NCBI GenBank assembly: GCA_963713045.1
Contig: CAVQKE010000003.1
Coordinates: 1,344,001-1,408,000 of the forward strand
From: an uncultured delta proteobacterium
GTDB lineage: Bacteria; Myxococcota; Myxococcia; Myxococcales; Myxococcaceae
DNA length: 64,000 nt
Reading direction: 5' to 3'
The first letter of the stretch is position 1. Each line of letters starts with the position of its first letter. Shown piece by piece: positions 45,638-56,880 of this stretch. The translations under genes were made by a program, and so were the position numbers. The notes under the pieces were generated by a model that worked only from the letters and a program-made list of their open reading frames with translations, did no database searches and had not been told where the DNA came from.

Positions 45638-46585
45638 ATGATTTCGATGTCGGAGTCGGTGCCGTGCAACTTCTGTGGAATCGACGCCGCGACCGTCGTC
45701 TTTCGCGCTGGAGAAGCGCAGCTGAGCCAAATCGTCCGGTGCAACCGTTGCCGGCTGATGTATGCGAATCCCCGAGCCAGGGCCCCCGACTCCGTCGAGA
45801 TGGTCAATTATGATCCCGCGGTGAACCCCTTCCTCGAGGACGTACCGCGCTACGAGAAGGAACGGCTCCAGGTCCGGGACTACGGTTCGACGCGAGCACT
45901 CCTCAACAAGCTCTACCCGCAGCGCGGTCATCTGCTGGAGGTCGGGAGCAGCCTCGGCTTCCTGCTGCGCGAATTCAAAGACGATGGTTGGGACGTGCTC
46001 GGAGTCGAGCCAAACATCCACGCTTGCCAGATTGCCCGTGAGAAGCACGGGCTCACCGTGGTCAATGCCATCCTCGAGAACGCTGGGATTGCCGACCAGT
46101 CGTTCGACGTCGTCCTGCTCAACCACGTGATTGAACACGTCGACGACCCACTGGGGACCCTTGCGGAAATCAACCGGGTGCTCAAGCCCGAGGGTCATCT
46201 GGTCATCGAGACCCCGCGCTACGACACTTTGATGTTTACGCTGTTGGGCCGCCGAGAGCGAAGCATCAGTTGTGATGGGCACATCTTCTTTTTCACCAAC
46301 GAAAGCCTCCGGAACATCTACCAGGCTGCCGGCTTTCGACAGGTTCAACTCGAGTGTGTCGGCCGGTCGCTGACGATCGACCGCCTGTTATGGAACGTCG
46401 GCGTCGTCAGCAAGAGCGACGCGGTCAAGCGAGTGCTCGGGAAGGTTTCGAGGAAGCTCGGACTCCAACGCCGGCACCTCTACCTGAACCTCAGAGACAT
46501 GCAGCGAGTCTGCGTACAAAAAATCGCTCCGGCCGCTCCCGCGCACCGCGGAATGCCGAAGACGGTCAAAGCGGACGTCAACTGA
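45638..46585 (+). CDS. Class I SAM-dependent methyltransferase with N-terminal Zn ribbon
   Basis: CNFC...CNRC, LLEVGSSLG, FDVVLLNHVIEHV, LKPEG. Confidence 0.85.
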   Translation: MISMSESVPCNFCGIDAATVVFRAGEAQLSQIVRCNRCRLMYANPRARAPDSVEMVNYDPAVNPFLEDVPRYEKERLQVRDYGSTRALLNKLYPQRGHLLEVGSSLGFLLREFKDDGWDVLGVEPNIHACQIAREKHGLTVVNAILENAGIADQSFDVVLLNHVIEHVDDPLGTLAEINRVLKPEGHLVIETPRYDTLMFTLLGRRERSISCDGHIFFFTNESLRNIYQAAGFRQVQLECVGRSLTIDRLLWNVGVVSKSDAVKRVLGKVSRKLGLQRRHLYLNLRDMQRVCVQKIAPAAPAHRGMPKTVKADVN

Positions 46586-46611
46586 GCTGTTACGGTTTCG
46601 CGCCGCCTCAA

Positions 46612-48129
46612 CTACACCGCAGTCGGCAACGACTCGATAGGCGGGGGACGCCGACTGAACAGCGCCCGCAAGACTGCCAGGTCGGCTCGCCGCACCAGGC
46701 CCAGCGCGACCGAGAACGCGGCGAATGCCAGAATACAGACTGGAATGCCTAGCCAGGGCGCGAGCGGCGGCAACCAGTGGAAGAGCAAAACGGTCAGCAG
46801 CACACAGGCCAGGGCTCGCCCCCCGTCGATGAAGACCGCGCCGGCCAGAGTTCCGCGCGGCATGAGCAGCAGTCCACCGACGAGCACCACCACCTCGCTG
46901 AGCGAAGCCGCCAAGGTCGCACCAATCCCTCCGTTTCCGACGCGGTGCTGGAAATAGGGGATGAAAAAGAGTTCCAACGCCACGCCCACCACCACCGACG
47001 CGGCCTTGGCCAATGCGAAACCGCGGGCACGTCCAGCGGCAGTCAGCGCCATGCCGATCAGGAGATCGACGAAAATTAGGCCCAGGCCGATGCCATAGAC
47101 CTTTAAGACCACCCCCGCCGGGCCAAATTGGCGATGTCCATAAACAATGGCGATCGCCACGTCAGCGAAAAGCCAGGTTCCGACTCCGGCCAGAGCGCCC
47201 AACCACAACATGGGACGGAGCGCCGTGACGAGTTCCGCACGGAAGAGCGGCGGATTTCGGGCGGCGCGGGCCAGTCTGGGGAAGGAGGCCGACTGAAGGA
47301 TGAGGGCGGGTGCGATGAGCGTCCCCATCATACTTTTGGCAGCGCCGTACCAACCCATCACCTCCGCGGGAACGAGCTTGGACAGCAGAACCGCATCGAT
47401 GTAGGGCTGGATGAAGGAGGCAATGGCGATGGCGGCCAGGGGAGTGCCGAAGTGAAGAAGCTCGCGCGCGGTGGCCTTCGAGAAGTGCAACGGGCCGCTC
47501 GCCACCAGGCGGTAGAGCCGGAAGGCCAAGGCCAGCGCCGCCACCCCAGCCAGGCCCTGCGTCACCACAACGCCGCCCAGTCCAAGTCCCAGCCCCAGGG
47601 CGACGATGGCCAGGACCAGGCCGACGGCCCGGTTGGCCACCAAAACGTACGCATCGAGACCCATTCGGTCACGACCGCGAAACACGACGGCGAAGTTTTG
47701 CGCGAGGAAAATTGGAATGCTGATGAAGATGAAGCCCACTGCGAACCAGATGGTGCGCCGGTCGTAGCCCAGTGCCCAAGCGGCTAGGCCGACTGGCAGC
47801 GACACCAGCAGCGAGCCGACCAAGCGCAACACCAGGCCGGTGCCGAGCAGCTCCCCCCCGCGCTCGGGCGCCTTCGCCACTTCACGGAAACCCAAGACTT
47901 GCTGACCCCAGTCGACGACGACCAGGGCGAAGCTGGCAAAGGAGTTGATGAGAAAGTAGAGGCCGAAGTCGCCGGCCCCCAGCGTTCGGCCAAGAATGGC
48001 ACTGAAGAGAATGCCCAGAACCATGGTCGCGGCCTGACCCGCGACCAGCGCCAGCGCATTCCGCGCCATGGTGACGCTGGATGACGTTGCATCCACCGGA
48101 GCGGCGATGGTCGGCGTCCCCTGGCTCAT
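46612..48129 (-). CDS. wzx: Wzx flippase
   Basis: About 12-14 TMs; GRTLGAGDFGLY, DWG, ID..LLS, GWYGAA. Confidence 0.9.
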   Translation of the reverse strand: MSQGTPTIAAPVDATSSSVTMARNALALVAGQAATMVLGILFSAILGRTLGAGDFGLYFLINSFASFALVVVDWGQQVLGFREVAKAPERGGELLGTGLVLRLVGSLLVSLPVGLAAWALGYDRRTIWFAVGFIFISIPIFLAQNFAVVFRGRDRMGLDAYVLVANRAVGLVLAIVALGLGLGLGGVVVTQGLAGVAALALAFRLYRLVASGPLHFSKATARELLHFGTPLAAIAIASFIQPYIDAVLLSKLVPAEVMGWYGAAKSMMGTLIAPALILQSASFPRLARAARNPPLFRAELVTALRPMLWLGALAGVGTWLFADVAIAIVYGHRQFGPAGVVLKVYGIGLGLIFVDLLIGMALTAAGRARGFALAKAASVVVGVALELFFIPYFQHRVGNGGIGATLAASLSEVVVLVGGLLLMPRGTLAGAVFIDGGRALACVLLTVLLFHWLPPLAPWLGIPVCILAFAAFSVALGLVRRADLAVLRALFSRRPPPIESLPTAV

Positions 48130-48246
48130 CCGGTGCGCTAACTAGCACGAGATGATTGGTCTCGGTGCGCGCTGGGCTGATGAACACAGTGAGCTTGCCT
48201 TGCAGACGACACGGAAGCGCTCTACTGGTTTTTTACAGGCTTCTGG

Positions 48247-49683
48247 TCAAGCTTTGGGGAGAGCTCCGAGAACGGGCAGACCGAGCTGACGCCCGATTTG
48301 CCACTGCTCGACCAATTTTCTGGAGCGGACATCGACCAGCACCGACACCGCCGCCGCGGCGAGGAGTGCACCCAGTGCGCCGAGAGCGAGCACCAACGGA
48401 ACCTTCGGCCTGACCGGGTGCTTCGGCAACTCAGCGGGGCGAATCGTGATGTAGCGGTACTTGAATGCGGCGCGCGCGGTGTCCAATTCGATGCGAGCTG
48501 CGTCGAGCCGTTCCATCAAGCTGTCATATTTGTTCATCGCAAAGCGCAGCCGGGCCTTGGCATACTCCTCGGCGGGCGCTTCGCTGCTCACGTCCAAGAA
48601 GCGTCGCGCTTCGGACAGCCGCTGGGGTGCGACGCGTGTCTCGCTCTCACGCTGGACGTCGTCGCCACCGAGCTGGTTGTATTCGGCGACCAGCTCGCGC
48701 TCCTCACTGCGCAATTGTGCAAGCTGGGGGGACTCCTCACTGACCGCGGCAACACTCTGTCGAAGTCGAATCATCGTCGGATGCGCGTCGGAGTAGACCT
48801 GCTTCTGTTGTCCGAGCTCTGCCTGCAGCTCCGCAATGCGACGGCTGCGGAACTCCTCCAGGTCGCGGATGGCACGCCGTTTCCCCTCAAGCATCGCCCG
48901 AAGCTCGGAAATCTCGCCTGCCTTGGGGTCCTTTTTGGGGGCCCTCGGCAAGGAAGGAACGATGTCCGCCGCCCGCAACGGGTGTTGGAGATTGAGGCGC
49001 TTGATGTCGTCGAGGGCAGAGTCGACCGACTGCTGCTCTTCGGCTGCGTGTCGCTCCAGGATGGAGATGGCCTCGGCAATCGTCCCGACCTCCACCGCGT
49101 GCCGCGACTCGAGGAAGTTTTGCAGCGCCGTCTCCACCAGCTGGTGTGCGAGGTGCTTGTCGGGCCAATCGATGCTGATGGTAATTGTCCTCTCGTTGGC
49201 AGACACCAACAGCTGCTTTTCCAAGAGCTCGACCAGTGCATCCAGGCGGTCGTCCTCCGTGGGCGGCCCTTTCACGAGGCGGACCCCCCAATCCCAGGCA
49301 CGTACCGCCGGGGCGCGCGTCATGTCCCAGCGGGCAAGTAGCCCAGTCTCCTTCACCAGAGAAATGAGGTTGTCATGCCGACGAACGGTCTCGGCTGCGG
49401 CCAGAGTCGGCGCGTCCGCTTCGTTGGGGACGGACCGGCTGGGGTTACCCAGGGCTGGCATCATGAGGTTGCGCTGCGCAAGAAGCTCTGTCTCCACGTG
49501 GTAGACGCGCGGAAAACTCAGCAACCCAAGGACGGTGAAGCCGAGGACGACCAGGGCAGTCCCGGTGGCTGCCCACGGATGCCGCCCCATAGCCCGGAGG
49601 ACGAAGCCGCTATAGTCGCGAAGCTTTTGATGGTCGATGAGCTGCAGCTCGCCGGGCTCCACCGGCCCGACCGGGGCATTCAC
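48247..49683 (-). CDS. Polysaccharide co-polymerase (EpsV-like), copy 2
   Basis: Two TMs and a coiled coil; PRVYHVET, YSDAHP, AAFKYRY, LGLPVLG. Confidence 0.85.
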   Translation of the reverse strand: MNAPVGPVEPGELQLIDHQKLRDYSGFVLRAMGRHPWAATGTALVVLGFTVLGLLSFPRVYHVETELLAQRNLMMPALGNPSRSVPNEADAPTLAAAETVRRHDNLISLVKETGLLARWDMTRAPAVRAWDWGVRLVKGPPTEDDRLDALVELLEKQLLVSANERTITISIDWPDKHLAHQLVETALQNFLESRHAVEVGTIAEAISILERHAAEEQQSVDSALDDIKRLNLQHPLRAADIVPSLPRAPKKDPKAGEISELRAMLEGKRRAIRDLEEFRSRRIAELQAELGQQKQVYSDAHPTMIRLRQSVAAVSEESPQLAQLRSEERELVAEYNQLGGDDVQRESETRVAPQRLSEARRFLDVSSEAPAEEYAKARLRFAMNKYDSLMERLDAARIELDTARAAFKYRYITIRPAELPKHPVRPKVPLVLALGALGALLAAAAVSVLVDVRSRKLVEQWQIGRQLGLPVLGALPKA

Positions 49684-50108
49684 GGGTGGCCCTCCTCGGC
49701 GGCTGAGCCAACCAAAAGAGCGCCCACCGCGGCCTGGAACGCCTTCTGCTTGAAGGGCTTCACCAGGTAGCTGCTGGCGCCCACCTGCTCCGCATAAGCC
49801 CGGTCCTGCGGGAGAGCCCGAGCACTCATGATGAGGATGGGGACAGTCCGCAACTTAGCCTCGCCCCGCATGTATTCGCACACGTCATAACCCGACAGCT
49901 CGGGAAGCATCAGGTCCAAACACACCAAGTCTGGGCGCTGATGCACGGCGAGGTGGAGAATGGCCGAACGCCCCTCGCTGACCTCGGCAACTTCCAACCC
50001 GAGGGCCCGAAGCATGCTCGCCACCAGCCCGCGAACGTCGGGGTCATCCTCGACGACGAGTGCGCTGCGCTTGCGGCTGTGAGAGACGTCTTGAGGCTGA
50101 GCGGCCAC
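49680..50108 (-). CDS. Single-domain response regulator (EpsW-like by position)
   Basis: LVVEDD, PDLVCLDLMLP, MSA, YLVKPF. Confidence 0.9.
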   Translation of the reverse strand: MAAQPQDVSHSRKRSALVVEDDPDVRGLVASMLRALGLEVAEVSEGRSAILHLAVHQRPDLVCLDLMLPELSGYDVCEYMRGEAKLRTVPILIMSARALPQDRAYAEQVGASSYLVKPFKQKAFQAAVGALLVGSAAEEGHP

Positions 50109-50153
50109 GGTCCTGCCCCTTCTATATTGTCAGTCGAATACCATGCTTGCGAG

Positions 50154-51491
50154 TCAGAAAAGCGCTCCGGTGGCGCCAGTGACATTAATGAATACTGACC
50201 AGCTGAAGCCGTTGAAGGCCCCCGGGACGACGTAGTTAATCCATGCGGCTCGGACCCCTCCTGCAATGGCGATGGAAGTGGCGGGACTCCACACGGCGCG
50301 GACTTCGGCGCGGATGTCTGTCTCCGGTGGGCTGAATGAATAGGCCGCCCCTGCCAACGCCCCCAAGCGGACGAAGGGACTCAGCGTCCAGTCCGCCGTG
50401 AGGATGCCCTCCACGCGCTCATACACCGTGCCGGCGAATTGGTTGAGGATGGGTGCCAGCGCGGCCGTAGCGCCCAGTTGAAGGGGCGGCTCTTCGTCGG
50501 GAAAGACGTTGTAGTAGACGGTCGCCCGGGCGATGGGCTCTGGAAAGGTTTCCGCCGGAACGGGAATGGACCGGGGGTACCAGAGCAGCTCTCCCATCTG
50601 ACCGACGGGCACGTCCGACGAGCTACTTTGGCTAAAGACTGCCAGTCCGACTGCCGCCTCGGTGCGCAGCGCCCGACTCTCCTGGTGTCCCCATTTCAGC
50701 GTCAGTTCGCTCCCAAGCAACTCCAGACCTTCCTGAAAGTGGGCAACCGTCACGCTGCTGCCATTTTCGACAGTCGACCCAGCCGTCCAGAAGATAGGAC
50801 CGTAGGTGAGAAAGCCGACGCGAAGCGCTGGGGTAAGGGTATCCCGCTCGCTGAGGAGGAACTCGGAACGTGCCACGACATATGGTCCCCGTTGAAGCGG
50901 GAGCTCAAGCCGGGAAGCGTCGTTGGCACCCTCGCTGAAGAGAAACCCTGCGGCGAACGTGAGCTGGACGGTAGCGCTGGTCGCCAGGGTGAAGCCGAGC
51001 TGGGTGGTGGAGGTGATGACCCGGATGATTTGCACCGCCGGTAGCTGCCCCGGGGGAGGCGGTATTCCGCTTGGCTGTCCGGTGCCACTGCCCGGGGCAA
51101 CTCCTTGGTTAACCACGGGGGAGTAGTTCTGGTCGCCAAACCACAGGGCGCCGATGAGAGAAATGCTGGAGGTGCGGCTCAGCTGGTTGCTCGCCTCGTA
51201 GTTGAAGCGGTTGAGCACCAGCACCTTCGCCGGGTACGCGTCGCTGCCGGGAACGGTGAGGTACAGCAGCGGCGTGTAGCTGAGTTTGAGAACTCCCGTC
51301 TGCGAGCGGTCCGTCAACAACACCCCCGGCGTGAAGCTGAAAATCGCTGAAACGTCTTTGGGCGGAACAGCGGCGGAGATGTTGGTCCCCACCAGCGTTT
51401 CCAACCTCCCTTGCAGGTCGAGGCTCAAGTTCTCCGGCGGTGTCCCAGACACCGTGCCGAGAAGGACCAGGCAAAGGCCGGCCGGCGACAT
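50154..51491 (-). CDS. Outer-membrane beta-barrel for polysaccharide export (EpsX-like by position)
   Basis: Signal peptide, amphipathic strands, terminal Phe; directly follows the OPX gene. Confidence 0.65.
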   Translation of the reverse strand: MSPAGLCLVLLGTVSGTPPENLSLDLQGRLETLVGTNISAAVPPKDVSAIFSFTPGVLLTDRSQTGVLKLSYTPLLYLTVPGSDAYPAKVLVLNRFNYEASNQLSRTSSISLIGALWFGDQNYSPVVNQGVAPGSGTGQPSGIPPPPGQLPAVQIIRVITSTTQLGFTLATSATVQLTFAAGFLFSEGANDASRLELPLQRGPYVVARSEFLLSERDTLTPALRVGFLTYGPIFWTAGSTVENGSSVTVAHFQEGLELLGSELTLKWGHQESRALRTEAAVGLAVFSQSSSSDVPVGQMGELLWYPRSIPVPAETFPEPIARATVYYNVFPDEEPPLQLGATAALAPILNQFAGTVYERVEGILTADWTLSPFVRLGALAGAAYSFSPPETDIRAEVRAVWSPATSIAIAGGVRAAWINYVVPGAFNGFSWSVFINVTGATGALF

Positions 51492-51496
51492 GGCCT

Positions 51497-52111
51497 CTAC
51501 TCAACGACCACGGCATCGCCTTGCCGGAGCTGGAACTGAAGTGATGTCCGGTCTCCGTCCCGAAGTTCGTGGTAGTCGAAGCGAATCCGCACCAGCGTTG
51601 GAACCTGGCGGATGACATAGATTTTGCTCCATGTGGCAAACGCGGTAAGGCCGCCGGCCGACGCCAGCGCGGTGAGCACCCCAGCCCCTGGCTCCAGCTG
51701 GAAGACTCCGGGCTTGGCCACTTCGCCTGTGACAGGAATGGTATTCGGCCGGGGGTCATCCAAGGAGACGGTGACCACCGGCGCATTCATGAACTCCTTG
51801 AGCCGGACTTGTAGCGTTTGCGCGAACGCTGCTGGCGTTTTTCCGGCAGCATCCACGTCATTCAAAAGCGGCATGCTCACCTTGCCGTCGTTCCGCACCC
51901 GCGTCTTGCTCGACATGTCTGGCTGCTGGTAAACGCGAATGGTGATGACGTCGCCTGGGACGAGGACGGTACTCTTGTCCATGGCCATCGGCGGCTCGCT
52001 GTAATCCGCAACCCAGACGTAGGGCGCCGTCGCGCAACCGAGAAACGTCAACGCGCAGACGCACAGGGCCGCCACGAAGCGGTTGGGACGGGGATGCGGC
52101 CGTGGGTGCAC
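51497..52111 (-). CDS. Short OPX polysaccharide export lipoprotein (EpsY-like)
   Basis: Lipobox FLGC; PGDVITI, VRNDGKVSMPLL..V.AAGKT, TGEVAKPG; ends LRQGDAVVVE with no OM-spanning helix. Confidence 0.9.
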   Translation of the reverse strand: MHPRPHPRPNRFVAALCVCALTFLGCATAPYVWVADYSEPPMAMDKSTVLVPGDVITIRVYQQPDMSSKTRVRNDGKVSMPLLNDVDAAGKTPAAFAQTLQVRLKEFMNAPVVTVSLDDPRPNTIPVTGEVAKPGVFQLEPGAGVLTALASAGGLTAFATWSKIYVIRQVPTLVRIRFDYHELRDGDRTSLQFQLRQGDAVVVE

Positions 52112-52736
52112 GCTTGAGCAGCTCCTCCCAAGGGATGGCGAACGGCGGCATCGCTAACACACCCCGTGCAGAGGCGGCAAAGTGGGAAACCGTTGACCCA
52201 CCTGCATTCCTTGGGAAAGGCCAGAGGGGGATGTCCGCCGCGACCTATGCCCCGTGAAGCCGGAGCCCCCGGCGGGGGTGACGGTCGCGCGCCCCGAGAG
52301 AAACGGGCGAACGAAGGGCCCGGTCGGCGCTTCTGTCTTCCTCACCCCGGAGAAGAGGGGGTCCCGTCGCCGGGACGCGTCGGCTGGTCGGCCGCACTCA
52401 AGGCCCCATGGAAATGAAGCCTCGGCCGAACCATCCACGCCCTAGGCGGTTGGTCGAGCCAGGGTCTTCGTCAGGACAGCGCCAGCCGGGGTAACGCTCC
52501 GGGCGCCCGAAATGGGCCCGGCCGCCCTCCCCGACGTTGCTTTCTGAACGAAGGGGCCTTTGGGAATGTCCCTTCGCGCTTTCGCCGTCGGTGCGACGTG
52601 AAAGACGTGCCTTCATTCACAGCCCGGCCTCCACGTTTGGGGGCATGGGTGTCGGAACTGCCCCTCTTGTGCACCGAAGGAGTGGTCGGCGAGTATCCGC
52701 CGCGCTGCACAGGCCGCTGGTGCGTCGCCTGAATGG

Positions 52737-54146
52737 TTGCACCGCGTGGCTTTTTTGGGGGTGGCAGGCATGAGTTGGGTTCTGAATCGCTTCGCTCCGA
52801 CTGCCGAGGCCTGCGTGTGCCTCGGTTCGGACCTGCTCTTGATGAGCGCGCTGGTTATTGTTGCGACGCCTCGGCCGTCTCTCTTCACGGCCGGCGCCGT
52901 GTTGGTTGCCATCGGCGTCTGGCTCGTCACCAGCCTCAGCATCCGCCATTACACGCCCCCTGCGGACCGCTCTTCTATCGACGACACGATGCTTGGCGCG
53001 GTGCTCGTCCCGGCGGTGGCAACCGTGCTGCTGCCCCTGGTCTGGATTCCCCTTTTTCATAAGGCGGTGCCGACCCCGGTGCGTTTTCTCGCACTCGCCC
53101 TTCCCGCCCTCTTCGTCCTGCGTCGGCTGATGTACCCCATGCTGCAGGGCGGCACGCACGAGCCAGAGCGCGTGCTGGTGCTGGGAACCGGTCCTTTGGG
53201 TCGGCTCACCGGGGAGGACATCGCGCGATGCAAGCGCCGGCGCAGGCGCGTGCACGGCTACCTCAGTTTTCCTGGCGACCCGGTCCCCGAGCGACTCAAG
53301 CCGCTTCACCTCGGCAGTGTCGAAGACCTCGGGCTCTGCCTTCGCATGTTGAGCGTCGACGAGGTGTACATCGCGGGGAGCGCTCTGCTGCAGGGCGCGG
53401 CCATGGAGGCCGCGGCCGGCGTGTGCGAAACGTTCGGCGTCCCCTTCGCACTGCCGGCCTACTCGCTGCGTCTCAAGCGAGCGGTTCCCGTGGACAACCG
53501 CACCGTTTCTGACGGGTACCTCCATTTCACCAGCGTGAAGTCGCAGCCCACCGCGCGCATCGCCAAGCGCCTCTTTGACGTGGTCGCCTCAGCTGCTGTG
53601 CTGTGGGTGCTCTCACCATTTCTCTGTCTGGTGGCAGTCCTGGTGAAAGTCACCTCGCGCGGGCCAGTCTTCTTCCGGCAACTCCGTGTCGGGCAGCGCG
53701 GACGACTGTTCAACATCCTCAAGTTCCGTTCCATGGTGTCCGGGGCCGAGGGACTTCAAAGGGCCTTGGAGGAACACAACGAACAGACGGGCCCAGTCTT
53801 CAAGATGCGCAACGACCCGCGCATTACTCCGCTCGGAAGAATTCTCAGGAAATTCAGCGTTGATGAGCTCCCCCAGCTGGTCAACGTCCTGCGCGGAGAC
53901 ATGACACTTGTTGGCCCGCGGCCCCCCGTGCCCCGGGAAGTCGCGCAGTATGAACCATGGCAGCTGCGACGCCTCTCGGTGGTGCCGGGACTCACCTGCA
54001 TTTGGCAGGTGAGCGGCCGGAACGAGATTGCCTTCAAGGACTGGATGTACCTGGACCTCCGCTACATCGACCACTGGAGCCTCGGGCAGGACTTGAGCCT
54101 TCTGCTCAAGACGGTGCCCACGGTGGTGGCAGGCCGGGGACACTAG
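52737..54146 (+). CDS. Initiating polyprenyl-phosphate hexose-1-P transferase (EpsZ/WcaJ-like)
   Basis: KRLFD, KFRSM, DPRITPLGRILRKFSVDELPQL, LVGPRP, PGLTCIWQVSGRN; start uncertain. Confidence 0.9.
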   Translation: MHRVAFLGVAGMSWVLNRFAPTAEACVCLGSDLLLMSALVIVATPRPSLFTAGAVLVAIGVWLVTSLSIRHYTPPADRSSIDDTMLGAVLVPAVATVLLPLVWIPLFHKAVPTPVRFLALALPALFVLRRLMYPMLQGGTHEPERVLVLGTGPLGRLTGEDIARCKRRRRRVHGYLSFPGDPVPERLKPLHLGSVEDLGLCLRMLSVDEVYIAGSALLQGAAMEAAAGVCETFGVPFALPAYSLRLKRAVPVDNRTVSDGYLHFTSVKSQPTARIAKRLFDVVASAAVLWVLSPFLCLVAVLVKVTSRGPVFFRQLRVGQRGRLFNILKFRSMVSGAEGLQRALEEHNEQTGPVFKMRNDPRITPLGRILRKFSVDELPQLVNVLRGDMTLVGPRPPVPREVAQYEPWQLRRLSVVPGLTCIWQVSGRNEIAFKDWMYLDLRYIDHWSLGQDLSLLLKTVPTVVAGRGH

Positions 54147-54161
54147 ACTCCGACGGCGGCT

Positions 54162-56808
54162 TCAGCGCGAAAGGACACCGCCCGGCGGGCCGGCGTCGGC
54201 CTGGGGTGGGTCGGCCTCGTCAAGCAGCGGTTGCAAGGGGGGCGCCTTCTCCAGGCTTTTCAGCTCTTGGGCTTGTGCCGCCTTGTCGAGACGGTCCAGC
54301 CAAGCCTGTGCCCGGGCCATTCCGGCGGCCCCTTCCACCCGCGCACCAGCGCGCACGGCCTCCGACGCGGCGTCAAAGCGCCCGAGCTGCTCGTACAATT
54401 GCGCCGCTTGGTAGCTGAGGCCGGCAGACTCAGGGGCCAGGCGGCGGGCGGTCTCAAGCGACTCCAGGGCGCGCCCATAGCGCCCTTCCGCGCGGTATGT
54501 CTCGGCTTCGGTGGTGAGAAGCCGCACCCGCGCCGAGGCGCCGGAGAGGAAGGGCTGCAGGCGGTCCAGCGCCTGGCGCGCCATTGCAGGGCGTCCCGCC
54601 GCGAGCCACTGCGCGGCGAGGGCAAAGCCTAACTCCGCGTCCTGGGGGCGACGCAAGACGCCGGCTTCCAGCGTCTGCAGCGCCTCACGGGGACGGCCCG
54701 ACGCCGACAGCGCCTGAGCGCGCAGCACCGTGACGTCATCCCCCCGGCGCTCCGCCTCGTCTAGCAGGGGCAGCGCTTCGGCGGGCTTTCCCGCCGCAAG
54801 TCGCAGGGACGCGGAGCTGGTCCACAGCCCCGCCAACCCAGGCATGCCGTCGGCTTGTGCGCGTGCCCAGTCGAGGAGGGCCTCGGCATCGCTGTGTCTG
54901 CCCGCGGTCCACAGTATAGACACCACGGTGGCCGTGTCCCCCAGGTCCGGGCCGACGAGGCGACCGAGGAGCTCCGGCGTCTGCGCGAAGGGAAGTGCCT
55001 CTGCCAAGACGGGACCCGGCTCGGGGCTGGTTTCCCGGGCCAGTCGCCATTCGCCCATGGCTTGTTCTGGCGCGCCCAGCCGTAAGAGGACGTTGGCCGT
55101 CACCCGGTGCGTGTCCGAGTCCAAAGGCCGCAGCCACAGCGCCCGGTTGAGGAAGGCGAGCGCCTCGCGTGGCCTCTGCCGCGCCTCGGCCAAGCCCACC
55201 GTCCGGTAAAGCGCCGCCTCGGCGGGGTGCGCGTCGATGGCCGCCAGCCCTCGCGCGCGCAGCTCCTCGGCAGGGAGCCCGCCAGCAGCGGCGCGGTTGA
55301 GGGCCCGCGCTGCGTCCTCAGCACTCTCTCGCCCACGCCACAGCCCAACTGCCGTCAGAAGGACGGCGGCGGCTGTCAGGCCAGTGGCCAGCCACCTTCC
55401 AAAGGGAAGGCCCCGCCCCTGGGTACAGCACCCGGTTGGAGACGAGCCCCGCAGCCACGGCTGCAGCCGTGGCGCACGCCTGCAGCTCGAGGGCGAAATC
55501 AAAGACGTCGTGGAGGACGAGGGCCAAAAGGCCGCAGGTCGCGGCCCGCTCGAGTGCTGAGGCATCCCGGCGCAGGGTCCGTACCGTGGCCCACACGGCC
55601 AGGGCAAGGAGCCCGATGGTAACCGGCAGACCAAAGTCTGCCGCCCATTGCAGCAGCCAGTTTTCCGGGTTCGTGAAGCTGTAGAACGCGCCCTCCGTCT
55701 GCCAGCGCGGGAACCCCACAGCAAAAGCGCCCCGTCCGAGGCCAAGCGGCCAGACATGCGTCGCGGCCTGGGCAAACATCGGCCACAGCCCCACCTTGGA
55801 CTGGCGCAGCTTCTCCACACTGTCGAGGGTGGACAGCCGGTCCGTCAGTCTGTCCAGTGCGAGGAAGCCTGCCAGCGCCACCACACCGAGGACGGCCGCG
55901 GTGATGAGGAGGAGGCGCTCGCGGCCGCCGCGTCTTGGCCCTGGGCGGTACTCCTCGCGGCTACCAAGCGGCACCCGCCCCAGCACCAGTGTCGCGACGA
56001 AGGCCAGCTGTCCGGCGACGAAGAAGAAAATACCGCCGCGCGACAGCGACAGAAAGGCAGCTGCGCCACTCAGCAGTGCAAAGCCGAGGTAAAGGGCCGT
56101 TCGCGGCCGCTCGGGCGCCTCTGCGGCCAGTCCAAGCAGGAGGGCCGTCGAGAGGGTGAGAAAACCGGCCAAGTGGTTGGGGTTTCCGAAGGGTGTGAGA
56201 AACGGTAGCTGCGTATTCTCAAAGGTATGAAGGCCAAACAGGGCGTGAGCGTTGGCCAGCTGGTGCCCGTACCCCACCAGCGCTACGCCCAGGCCCGTCA
56301 GGCCAATGCCTAAGGCCAGTCTCCGGCGACTCCGGCGGGACCTGGCCAACTCGGCCGCGGCAACAAGGCTGGCCATCACGCCCAACGCACGCGCCACTTC
56401 CCCCCAGGTTGCTGGCGCGTCCAGCGTCACCGGCCGCGCCCGCGTCAGGCCCAACGGGACAAGGGCGAAGTCGCGCAACTCTGCGGAGGCCGGGCTGAGG
56501 TGTGCCAAAACACCAGCAGGCATCGGTATGAGTTGCACGAGGGCCACGGCGCCAGCGGTAAGCGGCAGCAGCGCCAGCGGCGGAAGGGACAAGGTCCCCC
56601 CGCGGTCCACCAAAACCAACACCAGCGCCGCGCACCCAAGGACGGACGCGACAACGACGGCGCTCTCCAGTGCACCTCCGAGGAGGGCGACAGACAGCAC
56701 CACCGCGAGGAGGAGGCACACCTCCGCTGCCAGGCGCAGCGGTGACTGCGAAGGACGGGGCGTGCGGAAGGGCGGAGGCAGGGCCCTCAGGAGCTTAGCG
56801 TGGCCCAC
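54162..56808 (-). CDS. waaL: O-antigen ligase with C-terminal TPRs, frameshift near 55400
   Basis: PFGNPNHLAG, SLSRGG, GLGRGAF, NPENWLLQ; TPR helices in the 54162 frame. Confidence 0.7.
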
Positions 56809-56880
56809 TGCCGACCAGGGCTGTCCAAGAGCAGGGCTTGGCGAACCAGGCAGCGGTGTGGCAGGGTCCTCGGCCCTCGA

